From Paraphysomonas bandaiensis (taxonomy: Eukaryota > Protista > Chrysophyceae): a stretch of 64,000 nt of DNA. This document shows, in pieces, positions 51,236 through 63,159 of the stretch. Under the pieces are notes generated by a model. The model was not told the DNA's origin, ran no database searches, and saw only the letters and a list, made by a program, of their open reading frames with translations. Location: positions 248,001-312,000 of the forward strand of contig CBFFRP010000324.1 of the NCBI GenBank assembly GCA_965644295.1, given 5' to 3'. Made by a program: the position numbers and the translations under genes. The stretch's first letter is position 1. The number at the start of each line of letters is the position of its first letter.

Positions 51236-51424
51236 TATACATACATATTATTAACGGGCTACATTGTATCAGAACGGACATTCTCCGGTCTGTAGACGTA
51301 GCCGGGCTACATACCCCTCCAGCCTTCAGCATACATACATATTATTAACGGGCTACATTGTATCAAAACGGATATTATCCGGTCTGTAGACGTAGCCGGG
51401 CTACATACCCCTCCAGCCTTCAGC
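51236..51424. repeat. 94-bp tandem duplication about 200 bp upstream of the NPRL3 start
   Basis: CATACATACATATTATTAACGGGCTACATTG...CCAGCCTTCAGC occurs twice with about 3 differences. Confidence 0.95.
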
Positions 51425-52469
51425 TCAGTCAGAGGCAGAGTATTAAGTTCTTTAGCTATATTGACTCACGTCAACGCTAAAACTATACCAAATCATATTT
51501 CCTTCCCGCCATAATGGAGTAGGAGCTTACAAGCACGTAGAACGATTATGCCGACATGGATTGGGAGACACTTATATGTCAAATGAAATTATTAAGCTGC
51601 GATGCATGTGTCCAGTCCTTGTACACTATGGGCATATATATGAGTCCAGAGGAGTAGCTCTGGAGAAGATATATCACCTTCTGTACTGCCTTTATACAGG
51701 GTCGGTCAATTTGTTTATATTACCAAATGACAAGGTGACCTTGAATAGTGGCTGTGGAGAAGACAGTGGGTGGGATCTGCATGCTAAGTACAGCGGGCTA
51801 ACAGGCTGATTTAAGACCCGTATCGAATCTGCCATGTCATGAGGTTCTCACATGAATGCACAATGGAATTAAAGTACCATATCCAAGAAGGATAAACTCG
51901 TTTCAATGATATCCTTTTGAAATGTAGCAACTCTAATATATATTATATATTCTGCATATAAATAGTAACCCTCGAAGTGAGAGAAATATATTGTAATATA
52001 ATGGATTTATTGGAAGTGTGTAATGATATGTAGTAAAATTAAGTAATTCTTTGTCAATAGTAGACCTTTCCCTCGTGTTTGTGTGTGTCAATTAGAGTGC
52101 ATTTTGCAGTAACTTCAGAGATCAGCAGTTAATCCCAAAAGTGCCATATATACTCATGCGTCGACAACTGAATTTACATACTTCGCAAAATTTCGCTATT
52201 CGAAAGTAAGCATTAAGTGTATAGAATAGTACCGTTGGTATACACATCCAATAGAAAATTTTGCATCACGCTATGTAATGCTAATAGTACGTATAAAAGC
52301 TAGTGAATATATACATTAACGATTATTCTACAATACAGATATTCACAACAACCGGAAAGCATCAACAGACGAACGACATTTTCCACATAATACTTACACT
52401 CCAAACACACGGGTCAAATACAACAGAAACAAATATCGACGCATCTTTGACGGTAGCTTGTCGATAATC

Positions 52470-53447
52470 TTAGTGCTTAAATTTCTTTCTCTTCATTGAC
52501 GCTTCTTTTTCCCATGTTTCAAACATATGTGTCGTTGCATCAACATCTCCTTCCTGTTTTACACAGCTACCAGGAGTAAAAAAACCGCCACTTCGCCCTC
52601 CAACCCAACAGTGGTCTAGTCCGACAAGTGTGCAATCTTCGACGGGGGCTCCTGGACATTCTTTTCTTTTACATATTGTCGTCTCACTTTTATATGTCAC
52701 GGTCGCAGTTTCATTAGTGCAACCATTTCGCTTCTCCCACATAGCAGTGACATCCGGTTGTGACTCCCAGTCAATGTTTCCATCATAAGGTACTGTCTGA
52801 TCGTCTTTAGAGTGGAATGACAAATAAGAAATTGGAGCCCCGTCTACGCACTGGTCGTAATACGCCCTGCCAAGAGACCCCGCAACTGGAGCGATACCTG
52901 CAAATTTATCAGTCATACTGCAACCCAACGCATTGGAATGAAAAGCTCCTGTACTAAACCCAGTGGAGTAAATTCTCGACATATCCACACATAAATTATT
53001 CTGAATGTATTCCAGAAGCTTCTCAGCGAATAAAAAATCATCCGCTTCGAGGGCCCCACATTTGATACCATATGTGTTCCAGGCATATTTTTCAATAAAT
53101 GGTTCCATACTCCCAACTGGCGTTATGCTATAGTAATTAAAATCACTTGCAGCTTGCTCTATTTTAGATATTTGCTCTTGATAAGCCACCACTGGAACAT
53201 GAGCATTGCAACCATGCCAATTAATGACCAGTGGACGAGGCTCTTTGGGAGGACCAACACAATAGTTGTTCTTTCCGCAAGAGAATTCATTCCATGGAGT
53301 GAATAACTGAAAGGTTCGCATCCATCCATTGATATCAATACTGACATTAAACGAACCTGATGGATATAACGGATAGTCATCGCATACTTGTGCTACAGAT
53401 ACAGCAGGGAGTAGATAGAGAATATAGAGAATCTTATAATTCATCAT
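52470..53447 (-). CDS. Secreted alpha/beta-hydrolase, LpqC/PHB-depolymerase/feruloyl-esterase (CE1)-like
   Basis: Signal peptide MMNYKILYILYLLPAVSVA, PLVINWHG, LCVDMSRIYSTGFSTGA (nucleophile Ser), FAGIAPVAG, FHSKDDQTVPYDG, GLDHCW. The 5' extension in the ORF track is probably UTR. Confidence 0.85.
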   Translation of the reverse strand: MMNYKILYILYLLPAVSVAQVCDDYPLYPSGSFNVSIDINGWMRTFQLFTPWNEFSCGKNNYCVGPPKEPRPLVINWHGCNAHVPVVAYQEQISKIEQAASDFNYYSITPVGSMEPFIEKYAWNTYGIKCGALEADDFLFAEKLLEYIQNNLCVDMSRIYSTGFSTGAFHSNALGCSMTDKFAGIAPVAGSLGRAYYDQCVDGAPISYLSFHSKDDQTVPYDGNIDWESQPDVTAMWEKRNGCTNETATVTYKSETTICKRKECPGAPVEDCTLVGLDHCWVGGRSGGFFTPGSCVKQEGDVDATTHMFETWEKEASMKRKKFKH

Positions 53448-53936
53448 AGATAGATCTTCTTTACTTATGCTTATGCTGTGTGTCGTGTGTGATGTAGCAG
53501 ATGTGATGTGGCTTACAGGTGTGCGTATAGTTATCTCCATCCTATACTGCTGCAGAGTACATACAGTCCATGTACGGATGTAGCTATGTATATGTAGGAA
53601 TTCCAAGTACGAAAGTTGTGTATTGTATTGTATATTTTTTTTCAAAGATGTCTCATATATTGAGACAACAATTATCTGTATTACAGCCGTAGTTGTATGT
53701 TAGTAATATAGAGTATTTTTACTTCCATTAATTACCGAAAACAATACCAATACGATGGGCTGCTGGTATGTCACTGTATGCTGCTGTATACCATATCTTT
53801 ACAGTGTATTCCCATAAACCCATACATTACACTGAGGTCGATAGATCATCTGGAGGTCTATATATACACCACCATATCTTTTCATGTAACACTACTGAGA
53901 ACTCACTCCTGGAGATTGTGATCCTCCTTATAAATC

Positions 53937-54947
53937 ATGTTGTTAACTTCATCAATTCTTGACTCTCGGTGGACAGTGTACACTCTCCTCGGCATTGTTG
54001 GTGCTCAAGTATTCTACACTGTATACAGCGCCTTGACATACCCAACAAGTAATAAGGCAGAAACCGCACCAGACCACGGAGAAGATGTGGATGAACCTGT
54101 ACAAGCCTATGTATTTCCTGGGAACGATCAGTGCGCATCAGCATCTAATTTTTCCATAAAACTATTGGCGTATCTCAGATTTGCAGGAATTCCACACACT
54201 GTTCATGAAGCAGATTTTCAAAGTGCCCCCAAAGGAAAGGTCCCTTACATTAAACACAACGGAAATATAATAGGTGACTCTCAGCTAATTATTCGATATC
54301 TGGAGAACACCTATGACATCAAAACAATGGCCAAAATCGTATCTTCATCAAAGGTCAATTTAAAGCCGTTTGTCCCTTTCACTGAGCTATCAGCCCACGA
54401 TCAAGCCCTTTCTGAATCTATTCGCCTTTTGTGTGAAGGGCAGATTTATTGGACTATTATATCGGTCCGTTTTCTTGGAGCTTCAGGATTATCGGAACGT
54501 GAATCGAACTGGACCGCCACGTGCAGCGCGTATTTTGCAGACATGCCTTTTTTTATTCGGCCTATTCTGACTCGAATAATCAGAAATGACGTTTTCAAAA
54601 GCTGCTGGGCATTTGGTTTGGCCCGTCACTCTGCAGCGGATCAAATGTATCTATTGAAACGCGCAATACGTTCACTATCCACCTTGTTGGGGGACAAATT
54701 ATTTTTCTTGGGAGATTTTCCTTCGGAAGTGGACTGTGCTGCGCTTGGCATCATCCAGTGTATGTGTGACGACTCCCTTGGCTATTCTCCTCACTTGGGT
54801 TTTATCAAAGAAGAATGCATGAATCTTTGGGAGTACAAGTCGCGCATGAGACCGCTGGTGTTTCCTGATATGTCACCTGGCATGAAGCTTGCACCGGCAG
54901 TGGTGGAAGGATGTAAGCCAAAGGCTAAGAAGCAGAAAACTGGTTAA
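53937..54947 (+). CDS. FAXC/metaxin-like GST-fold membrane-anchored protein
   Basis: N-terminal TM helix, SASNFSIKLLAYLRFAGIP, APKGKVPYI..NG..IGDSQLIIRYLE, LSTLLGDKLFFLGDFPSEVDCA. Confidence 0.87.
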   Translation: MLLTSSILDSRWTVYTLLGIVGAQVFYTVYSALTYPTSNKAETAPDHGEDVDEPVQAYVFPGNDQCASASNFSIKLLAYLRFAGIPHTVHEADFQSAPKGKVPYIKHNGNIIGDSQLIIRYLENTYDIKTMAKIVSSSKVNLKPFVPFTELSAHDQALSESIRLLCEGQIYWTIISVRFLGASGLSERESNWTATCSAYFADMPFFIRPILTRIIRNDVFKSCWAFGLARHSAADQMYLLKRAIRSLSTLLGDKLFFLGDFPSEVDCAALGIIQCMCDDSLGYSPHLGFIKEECMNLWEYKSRMRPLVFPDMSPGMKLAPAVVEGCKPKAKKQKTG

Positions 54948-55288
54948 TTTTTTCTGTTGAAACGACGTATGCGTATTTGAAATCGGTTTGGCTATCGGTA
55001 AATATATAATAATTGCGTTATGAAATAAATACTTAGTTTTTAACGTAGTAATATTGGAATTGATTACTCGAGCTTGATTGGTTTCTATTCTACAATTAAC
55101 TACAAAATTACTAGAATGGTCAATAATAGTTATATATTACTAGTACTAGCATTATAAACAATAAATTTATATAACCACGTTCAGACTTTCAGTACCACAT
55201 GGTGTGATATATGGTTAGAAGGAGTAGGCTGTAGCACCGGTTGATTAAATCATACTGATAGCTAGTCCACACAACTCAAATGCAGCAT

Positions 55289-55597
55289 TTACATATACCA
55301 GGTACCAGATACATATGATTGCAAAATCACTATATTCCGAACCAGATACACGACCACAAAACGTACCATGCTGTAACACTTGAACACTTTCATCTGTTTG
55401 ACTTGCCAATGCATTGTCATGAGCACACCTGTTACTCCCAACAAGTTGTACGCATGTACGATGTATCTGCTCAGGCCGTAATGATAGTTGAGGTAGATAT
55501 AGTGGCCTGCTATTGCGGCGAAGCAGACCAAAGTAAAAGATTCAATGGTAACATGGAATTTCTGATAAATTTTACTCTTGTGAAGGCACGTGTACAC
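55289..55597 (-). CDS. Possible exon of a small hydrophobic (membrane) protein
   Basis: 102-codon ORF with hydrophobic stretches, downstream of a promoter-like RY tract at about 55900-56160. No family was recognised and the splice model is unresolved. Confidence 0.25.
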   Translation of the reverse strand: MYTCLHKSKIYQKFHVTIESFTLVCFAAIAGHYIYLNYHYGLSRYIVHAYNLLGVTGVLMTMHWQVKQMKVFKCYSMVRFVVVYLVRNIVILQSYVSGTWYM

Positions 55598-56371
55598 AGT
55601 TCCGGTGGAATAATAAGCGTATTAAAAATCGTTTATCTATTGCTTTATACGACACATTAGTGACAAAAGCGTCCACGCTAGTCATTATACGGCCGTTAAT
55701 CCAGATTCATTTTACATTAACGTAATTCATAAGCGATACATGTGAATCTGACGGGGGGAAATGCAGGGTTCCATCTAACAGAGGTGTAATAAGCGCGTAC
55801 TTGACAAACAAACCTGTATCACAGGTCTTATTAAACTTCCTGGAAAGTACTTAGCGGTAATACTAGTGAGAAGATGATAGAATATATATATATCTGTGTT
55901 ATTGTATGGGTCCATCATATCTGGATATATGTAGATATATATGGATATGGATATATGGACATGGCTGTGTGTGTACCGTGTACATGATGCATAATGTAGT
56001 GCTGTACGTGTACAGCAGCACGTGTACAGCAGCACGGGTCTGCTGTATACAGTACTTCGTATCAGCTGTATAATTGTATATGGTATACAGCTCTGTATAC
56101 AGCACATTTGATTGTACAGTTTCTATATGTATGTGTATATATATATGCATGTATATTCATATGGAATAGTGTTGTTGAGGAGGGATGCATGCATTGTCCA
56201 ACCAAGAGTATATGCAGACCACCTATCCAATGTACATGATTGCCACAGATCCGTGGTGAACCCCATCCGTATCATGCTCTGATACTCCTGGTCGTGGAGA
56301 AAGTAGCAGTGGTGCTGTTCACGGTCATTGTTTTATACGGATTCAACAGTTTGAAAATATCAGTATTGTAA

Positions 56372-56692
56372 ATGACTCGATACGATCGATTGTTGAAAGA
56401 ACTTCAGGCTACTGGTATGGGTAAAATTAAGGTGTTTGGTCAATCTATGCTCCCTATCATTCGCAGTGGTTCACTCCTCACGTTTAAACGTCAGAAAGAA
56501 TACACGACTGGAGATATTGTATGTTGTAAAGTGAAGGGAAATATGATTGGTGCACACCACATTGTTTCAGTGTGTGATTCACGAGGATATTTAATTGCGA
56601 ATAACAAAGGTCATCAGAATGGATACACACGTACTGTATATGGAAAAGTAGTTAAAGCTCAATATAAAAATAACACCAAGGAATTCGAATGA
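56372..56692 (+). CDS. Small stand-alone S24/S26 (signal peptidase/LexA-fold) peptidase-like protein, prokaryote/virus-like
   Basis: VFGQSMLPIIRSG (catalytic Ser box), GDIVCCKVKG...AHHI, YLIANNKGHQNG...VYGKV; 106 aa, intronless, no TM anchor. Confidence 0.75.
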   Translation: MTRYDRLLKELQATGMGKIKVFGQSMLPIIRSGSLLTFKRQKEYTTGDIVCCKVKGNMIGAHHIVSVCDSRGYLIANNKGHQNGYTRTVYGKVVKAQYKNNTKEFE

Positions 56693-58338
56693 TGTTATTC
56701 TCGTCAAATGATTATCTTAAAATAGATTTAATTAATTGTAAATGCTGCTATTAAAAATCGATAGTGATGTACTGAGTATTATGGCAGTACCTCATTGGCG
56801 GCGATGTATTAACAATGAGTGCTATATGGTCCATATTTGTGTATTTGTATCAAGTAGATTAATCGGTCCCACTGTATCAACGACTGTCATTCAACGTTAC
56901 CTCATCAGTTGAACTCAGGGTAGCACTTTAGCCATTTAGAGTCACTTATGTAAGTTACGCTGCTTGACTCTGCGTCACAAGTTGAATGGGTTGCACTTCT
57001 ATCTAGAATGGGTTCTGCTATATAAAATCTAGGTCATTACTTTATTCGTTATTAAACTCGATTTTTATTCACATCACTCAATAGTAAGTAGATACTCATA
57101 TATATCGTAATAACTACTTTCCTCTTATTTGTACATAATTCATTAGCATGGCTGCTTCATGTTCCGTACACTGATGAAATTTATTGCTCAAAATAACTCA
57201 TTCCGTAGCATCAAACTGGACACCGCTTTCGATATCAAGTCAATATTGACCATCAGTATTTGTGTTGTATTTTTCCAATAAAGATAACACTTCGATCTGT
57301 AATTCAGGAAGCAGAGTGCAGCAACATTCAAGTTATAGGCATCTCACAGTCTCAACTGGTATCACGTATGTACGCAGGAGAATATCTCTTCAAATTGACT
57401 TATAGACTACTCTGGTACTAGTACGCATCTGTTAAAAATGGGAGTGAGGTGTGAGTATGGAGTACATAGTATGTGTTTTTCACAAAATAAATACATCATA
57501 GAAATGATTTAAACAACCAAAACATGCATCCCAATATAGCTCGTCCGACTCATCTCCACAGTATAGATAATTATAATCTGTGTATGGTATCGTAGTGTTC
57601 GTCATATTGTGCAGTTCCATGATTGGCTATTACGTTGATATGTTCAGTTCGCATGTGTATAGGCTTCTGCCTCATAGAGCAAACAGTTTCCATCAATCGC
57701 TGGAACCCTGAATACTGTTATCAGGTCACGACCAAACTCTCAGACCACCATGACTGTGAAAATCTATTCTCCAAGCAAATGATTCATAGTTTACAAGACA
57801 CATGGTTGATATTACGTTCTTAATTATAAGCAACACATGTGGATATTGCACACAGGCTCTCAGTCCAATGGTCAGGTCTAACCGTCAGTAGTGGTATAGT
57901 CATATACAGTCACAGTATAGTATAGTGGTATACGGCACTGTAGTTTACTTGGATTTGACTTTCAAAAATATGTTCCATAGCAGCAGTGTGTGTGTATGTA
58001 TGTGTAGGGTCTGCCTGTTAAAGCTGTGAGATGTATGTATATGTATATGTATGTATGTATGTGTAGGTATGCATAGTTCTCATATCATCATAATCCACAT
58101 CTATACTCCCATATATACCACTACTATATTACTAAGAGATCAGGATACCATTCGAGTTACTATCAACCATATTCTCTTCAAGAGATTGATATGAATGGGC
58201 TCTATTATCAGTCCGAACTGTAGGTTGGATTGTTCATCCCTCTTACCTCAATATACACACATAACACACATACTAACATACAATCCGATCAATCTAATAC
58301 ATTAAAATAACTATTAAATATCACTATAAAGGTGAAGT

Positions 58339-60218
58339 ATGCTGATGGACTGTGAATTGTCTCGTATATCAGAGACACCTAAAGATCCTCATGAATCACT
58401 GGCTGTTAACTCATCTGTCGATAAGGTTTCCAGATATCTAAAAAAAATTGAAGGAGCTAGTAAAGTTCAACGATATTTACTACGTGTTGTGCTTCCTACA
58501 ACGAATGATAAAGCAAAACAACAAGTTATATATGATGACTTGGATAAGCTTTCAGCGTATATACGATCATGCTCTAAGGAATGCCAAAGCTCCATTGCTG
58601 CTTCGTATACTGAAGAAAAGTGTGATACGGAAAATAGTCATATGTACACACCAGATAGACATTCAAGTTCTAATGCTGCTTCTACTCCTGGGTCTTTCGA
58701 TAGACTCTTATGTAAACTGATGTCACCAGCAACACCAAGAAAGTCTACGAGGGGTTCCACTGCTGTTAGTAATGATAAGGAGTTGGGTATTCCTTGCACG
58801 ACAGGGGTGTCTGTCTACACTCCTCAGACGCCACCTCGTTCGTCCGGAAAATCCGTGTATGTTCCTCAGGATTACGAGACCGAGCAATTTTTTGAGAAAT
58901 CTCACGATTGTGCGGCACCGAAGGCGACTCTCACTGACGCTCCTGCCAATAGAACTTGCACTCGTGGTACAACAGAGCCACATTCTCTTGTTGATACTAA
59001 TGAAGTATCACAAGCAGTACAGTCTGCTACCTCTGAGGTAGCTGTCGAGGAAAATTCATTGAAAAGAGATAATACATTAGACCGCACGAGTGAATCCACA
59101 TCGGCAACGATTGGCACTGACAGTAAAGCGGATACTACTAAATTCGTGGTAGCCACCGAACCGGATACATCGAAAGCTGTAAATGCGAATAATACTTTAA
59201 ATTGTGTTGGAGTTGCTGCAACGTCTTCTGCATCTGACACTGATAGTAATGTGGAAGCTGCGACGCATGGAACTCAAACTCCTGAACGCAAAAGGATTAC
59301 TTTTAGATTAAGTACTCAAAGTATATCTCCCTATCACTCTGACGATTCTGAGAGCCTATCTTCGCCTTCTTCTCCTCCTCCTCCACCACCACCGATATCT
59401 CCTGAGCCTGATTCGGAGTTGCAGCACGAAAGTGGTGTTTACCTCTCTAATAACTACACTGCCTCCACTGCCAGTCCTAGCAATGAACTATGTAATATAG
59501 ATCAGGCATGGCGCAGTCCACCGAACTCGATGCAGAATGTTTCAATCGAAAGGAATGTATCTTCTGATATTAATCTACACCCCGAGGATCTTTATTTGAC
59601 AGTTAAAGAAGATGATAATATTTCTACAAGCATCTGTAATCAGTCGTATATATCCCCTCCTTCCCCATATTCCTTTGGTCCGAACTACTCTCCCCCGTCT
59701 TCCCCGCCCATGTCTCACGACACTGTAATTAAATCACCGTCCACAAGCTCTGGGGCCTCGTCAACTAGTGAAAACATGGTTGGAACACATGTGCAACACA
59801 ATCCGTCGAATATGTTTGGTAAGCCCTCGTCTGCTGTGGTAGTGAGACCCATGCCACTTAGCAGTCAATCTCTGCGTCCTAATCAAACGGGTACAAATCA
59901 TAGACGTGGTCCCACTATACCCGGTATTTCTCCTACTGCTCGTCACATCAGGCAACCGCGCGGAGTTGGATCGTCTATTCCACCTAATAAATTGAATTTA
60001 CGGCAGGTATGTTTTCGTCAATTGTTTAATGCAATAATTACTAAAATGTACTGTGTATTACTATCAAAGCTTATGACGTTTATATGGGATGTATTGTTTG
60101 TAATAGTCATTTATATTTATGTATAATTGACTCTCGTATTTAGTCGTGGCAGCTTGCCCAGACTGGAAATTCCACAACTGTGGAGACGAATCGTATGTCC
60201 AGTGCGTCTAAGGAATAG
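58339..60218 (+). CDS. Hypothetical Ser/Thr/Pro-rich, largely disordered protein
   Basis: 595-codon ORF. Probable intron 60007-60152 (CAG/GTATG...GGCAG) followed by a short last exon ending TAG at 60218. Confidence 0.6.
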
Positions 60219-62057
60219 ACGTTGCGATACGTCGTAAACTCTACGTGGTATTGTTCTTGTATTTATTGTGAGGTGATAAAATAGTTGTATTGGCAATTCT
60301 TTTCGGTATATCATGCAGTATGCATTGTTCCTAATATGTGGTAAATTATTATCATAACTCAAAGTACTCGATACCTATGTTAAGTAAACAATATGCAAAC
60401 GTGGGAAAAAAAATTTCCCACGTTTTTGACGTACATTCCTCGTTAAAGCTAGCTAGTTACTAGAGTGCTAATAAATAGTTCTCTGCATTTGTATTGATAT
60501 ATTACTGACTAATATTGCAAATTAATATTATTTTCAGTATAAAAATGGGTTCAACTAACCGTTTGATTGCTATGTACGTGAATGAGCTACAAACTAGTTC
60601 TAGCTAGTCATTGTATAAACATAACACCACATAATTATTGAAAAGAAGAGCAATAAACATACAATGCATACTCTACTCTTCTCTATATTCAATAACATTC
60701 TACAGAATTCCTTGTTCTTCTCCTTCCGATTCTGAAGCTCGAGGAGCTGGGCTTCAGCTTTGAAGTTGTCACGTTCATAAGCCATACGAACGTGTCCACA
60801 AGAAGACTTTCTGTGTAGGAGTTCTTCGTGCTCTTCTTCGTGCTCTTCTTTCTATCTTTGCTTCGTTTTTGACGGGGAGGTCTCATCTTTCGACGAAGCT
60901 GTGTTCTAGCACTGAATGATTCCTCCTCTTAACGACTGCTGGAATGCCCATCAATGCATGCAGGGAACTCCTCAGAGCTCTCTATCTCTTTCTTCCGACG
61001 ACTCTTTCTTCAAGTAGGTTTAGAATTAGACAGGACATGCTATTCTAGCTACTTACGGCAGGTTAAAAGCTTAAATGAAATGCCTTTGAAGCACTAAGCT
61101 TCCGTAGTGGCAGTCCTTTCTTCTGCATCATGTAATCTACACAATCAATCATTCTGATATTGTAAAGTAGACATATACATAAATGAATTGCAGCATATGA
61201 GATCGTGTATAGTGCTACATACCAGCAGTAGGTGTATTGTTGGCAACCCCAAGGAGAGTGACCGAAGGTGCATGTCCACTCTCCTCAATCCACTGTATGA
61301 GGCTCTGTGCTACAGCCTCGTGACCAAACGCTGTCATGAAGACACATGTGACTTTCCTGGAAGGCAGTTATAAGCCTGCAACTCTGAACCACTCAGTAAG
61401 AGTATCATCTGAGAGTGGTATCAGCTCTGCAGCATTCGGAAGTATGTATGTGTGTGTCTGTCTGTCTGTGTGCTCAGGAGGTGTGATCCACACAACAATG
61501 AACACCTCATCCGATAAACCACACCTCCTGAGCACTCCTCACTGTCATCAACAATGTCACGATCTAAGCACCAGAAGATACTGACTCAGAAGATCCATCC
61601 CTCTATATGTATGTGTGTATGTATGTGTGTGTGTGTGTGTTAAGTTATGCATATGTATTATGGTCATGATGTGCGTGTTGTAGTCACTGCTCGTGCAGTG
61701 TGGTTGCGGCGTAGTGTATGCACACCGCGTCCTCACCACACACTCATGACGCGTGTTCGATGCTCTTGTGGGGTGTTTTTGTCAATTCAATTTTTTTTGT
61801 ACGTGTTTTTCTATATGTTATGCTGCGCTGTGCTGTGTGCATGAATGTATCCGGTGCGAGGAACACATTTTGAAATGCGCACATCATACGCAACACAACA
61901 AACACAGTAACACTCGGGATGCAGGCTGTGCTGAGTGATGCGCGATGCATCTATTCCTACCTCATGTCGAAAGTGTATGTTTTTCGACAGCAGATGTCTT
62001 TCCACGACAAGGTTAGTTTGCTAGTACTGTGTGTTCGTATGTGCGTTCTGTGCCTGT

Positions 62058-62828
62058 TCAACACTGTGCTCATTGATGTAATAAATGATACGTGTGAGTC
62101 AAGTGGGGGCACAGTGGGGGTTCATCGCTTTCGGTTTGTTCAATTGCTTGATCACTTTTGATACAAACCGAGAAGCTTGATGATTTAGGGTCTGCTCTCT
62201 AGTCTTTGCACTGGATTTGAGCTGGTTCCCACCTAAACGGGGCTTTGTTGCATGTGACGTGAGTTTCATTGCAGCAATTAAGAGGTGTGTATTGAGCAAT
62301 CAGAAAACCACCCCCGCATCACTGTTTCGTAGTATGTCATCTCGAGTTAATGACGAACCGATTTAGTTGTACCTTCTCACTGTATCTGTAATGCATGAAG
62401 TATGTATATAAATGCTATTCTATTAATGATTATATGTTGCATGTGCCTTATCAACACTGTGCTCATTGATGTAATAAATGATACGTGTGAGTCAAGTGGG
62501 GGCACAGTGGGGGTTCATCGCTTTCGGTTTGTTCAATTGCTTGATCACTTTTGATACAAACCGAGAAGCTTGATGATTTAGGGTCTGCTCATCTAGTCTT
62601 TGCACTGGATTTGAGCTGGTTCCCACCTAAACGGGGCTTTGTTGCATGTGACGTGAGTTTCATTGCAGCAATTAAGAGGTGTGTATTGAGCAATCAGAAA
62701 ACCACCCCCGCATCACTGTTTCGTAGTATGTCATCTCGAGTTAATGACGAACCGATTTAGCTGTACCTTCTCACTGTATCTGTAATGCATGAAGTATGTA
62801 TATAAATGCTATTCTATTAATGATTATA
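62058..62828. repeat. Near-perfect 393-bp tandem duplication
   Basis: TCAACACTGTGCTCATTGATG at 62058 and 62451. The copies differ by a few bases, including a 1-nt indel (CTGCTCTCTAG vs CTGCTCATCTAG). Confidence 0.96.
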
Positions 62829-63159
62829 TATGTGTTTCTAATACCTAGTTTCTTTGTGTGTGTTTTAGAGTGTGCGTTGCTTTTGAATCGGGCTGATGTC
62901 ATAACACGCTTTCATTGTTGCAATGATCTCTGCCTTCTGAACTCTGTCGGCTGTCTTCGTGGAAAGGAAATTATATTGAGATGCTGGACTGAGATTCCAT
63001 GATCAGTATTGACAGAACTGGTAGTGGAGCGTTATACTCTGAGTTCAACTGGAAAGTTGATGATGTTTCTCAAGGTTAAGTAGAGGGGGTGTGCAAGAAT
63101 TGTTTATGCAGCTGCTATGTATGACGTATAGTGGTTGCGCGATGGATTTATGTTGTACA

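Noticed and set aside
57100-57830. Possible pseudogene fragment (LPELQIEVLSLLEKY... on the minus strand)
   Set aside because: Interrupted by stops and not assignable to a family.
60600-61140. Charged coiled-coil-like ORF fragments on the minus strand
   Set aside because: Frameshifted and low complexity; a gene or transposon call cannot be supported.
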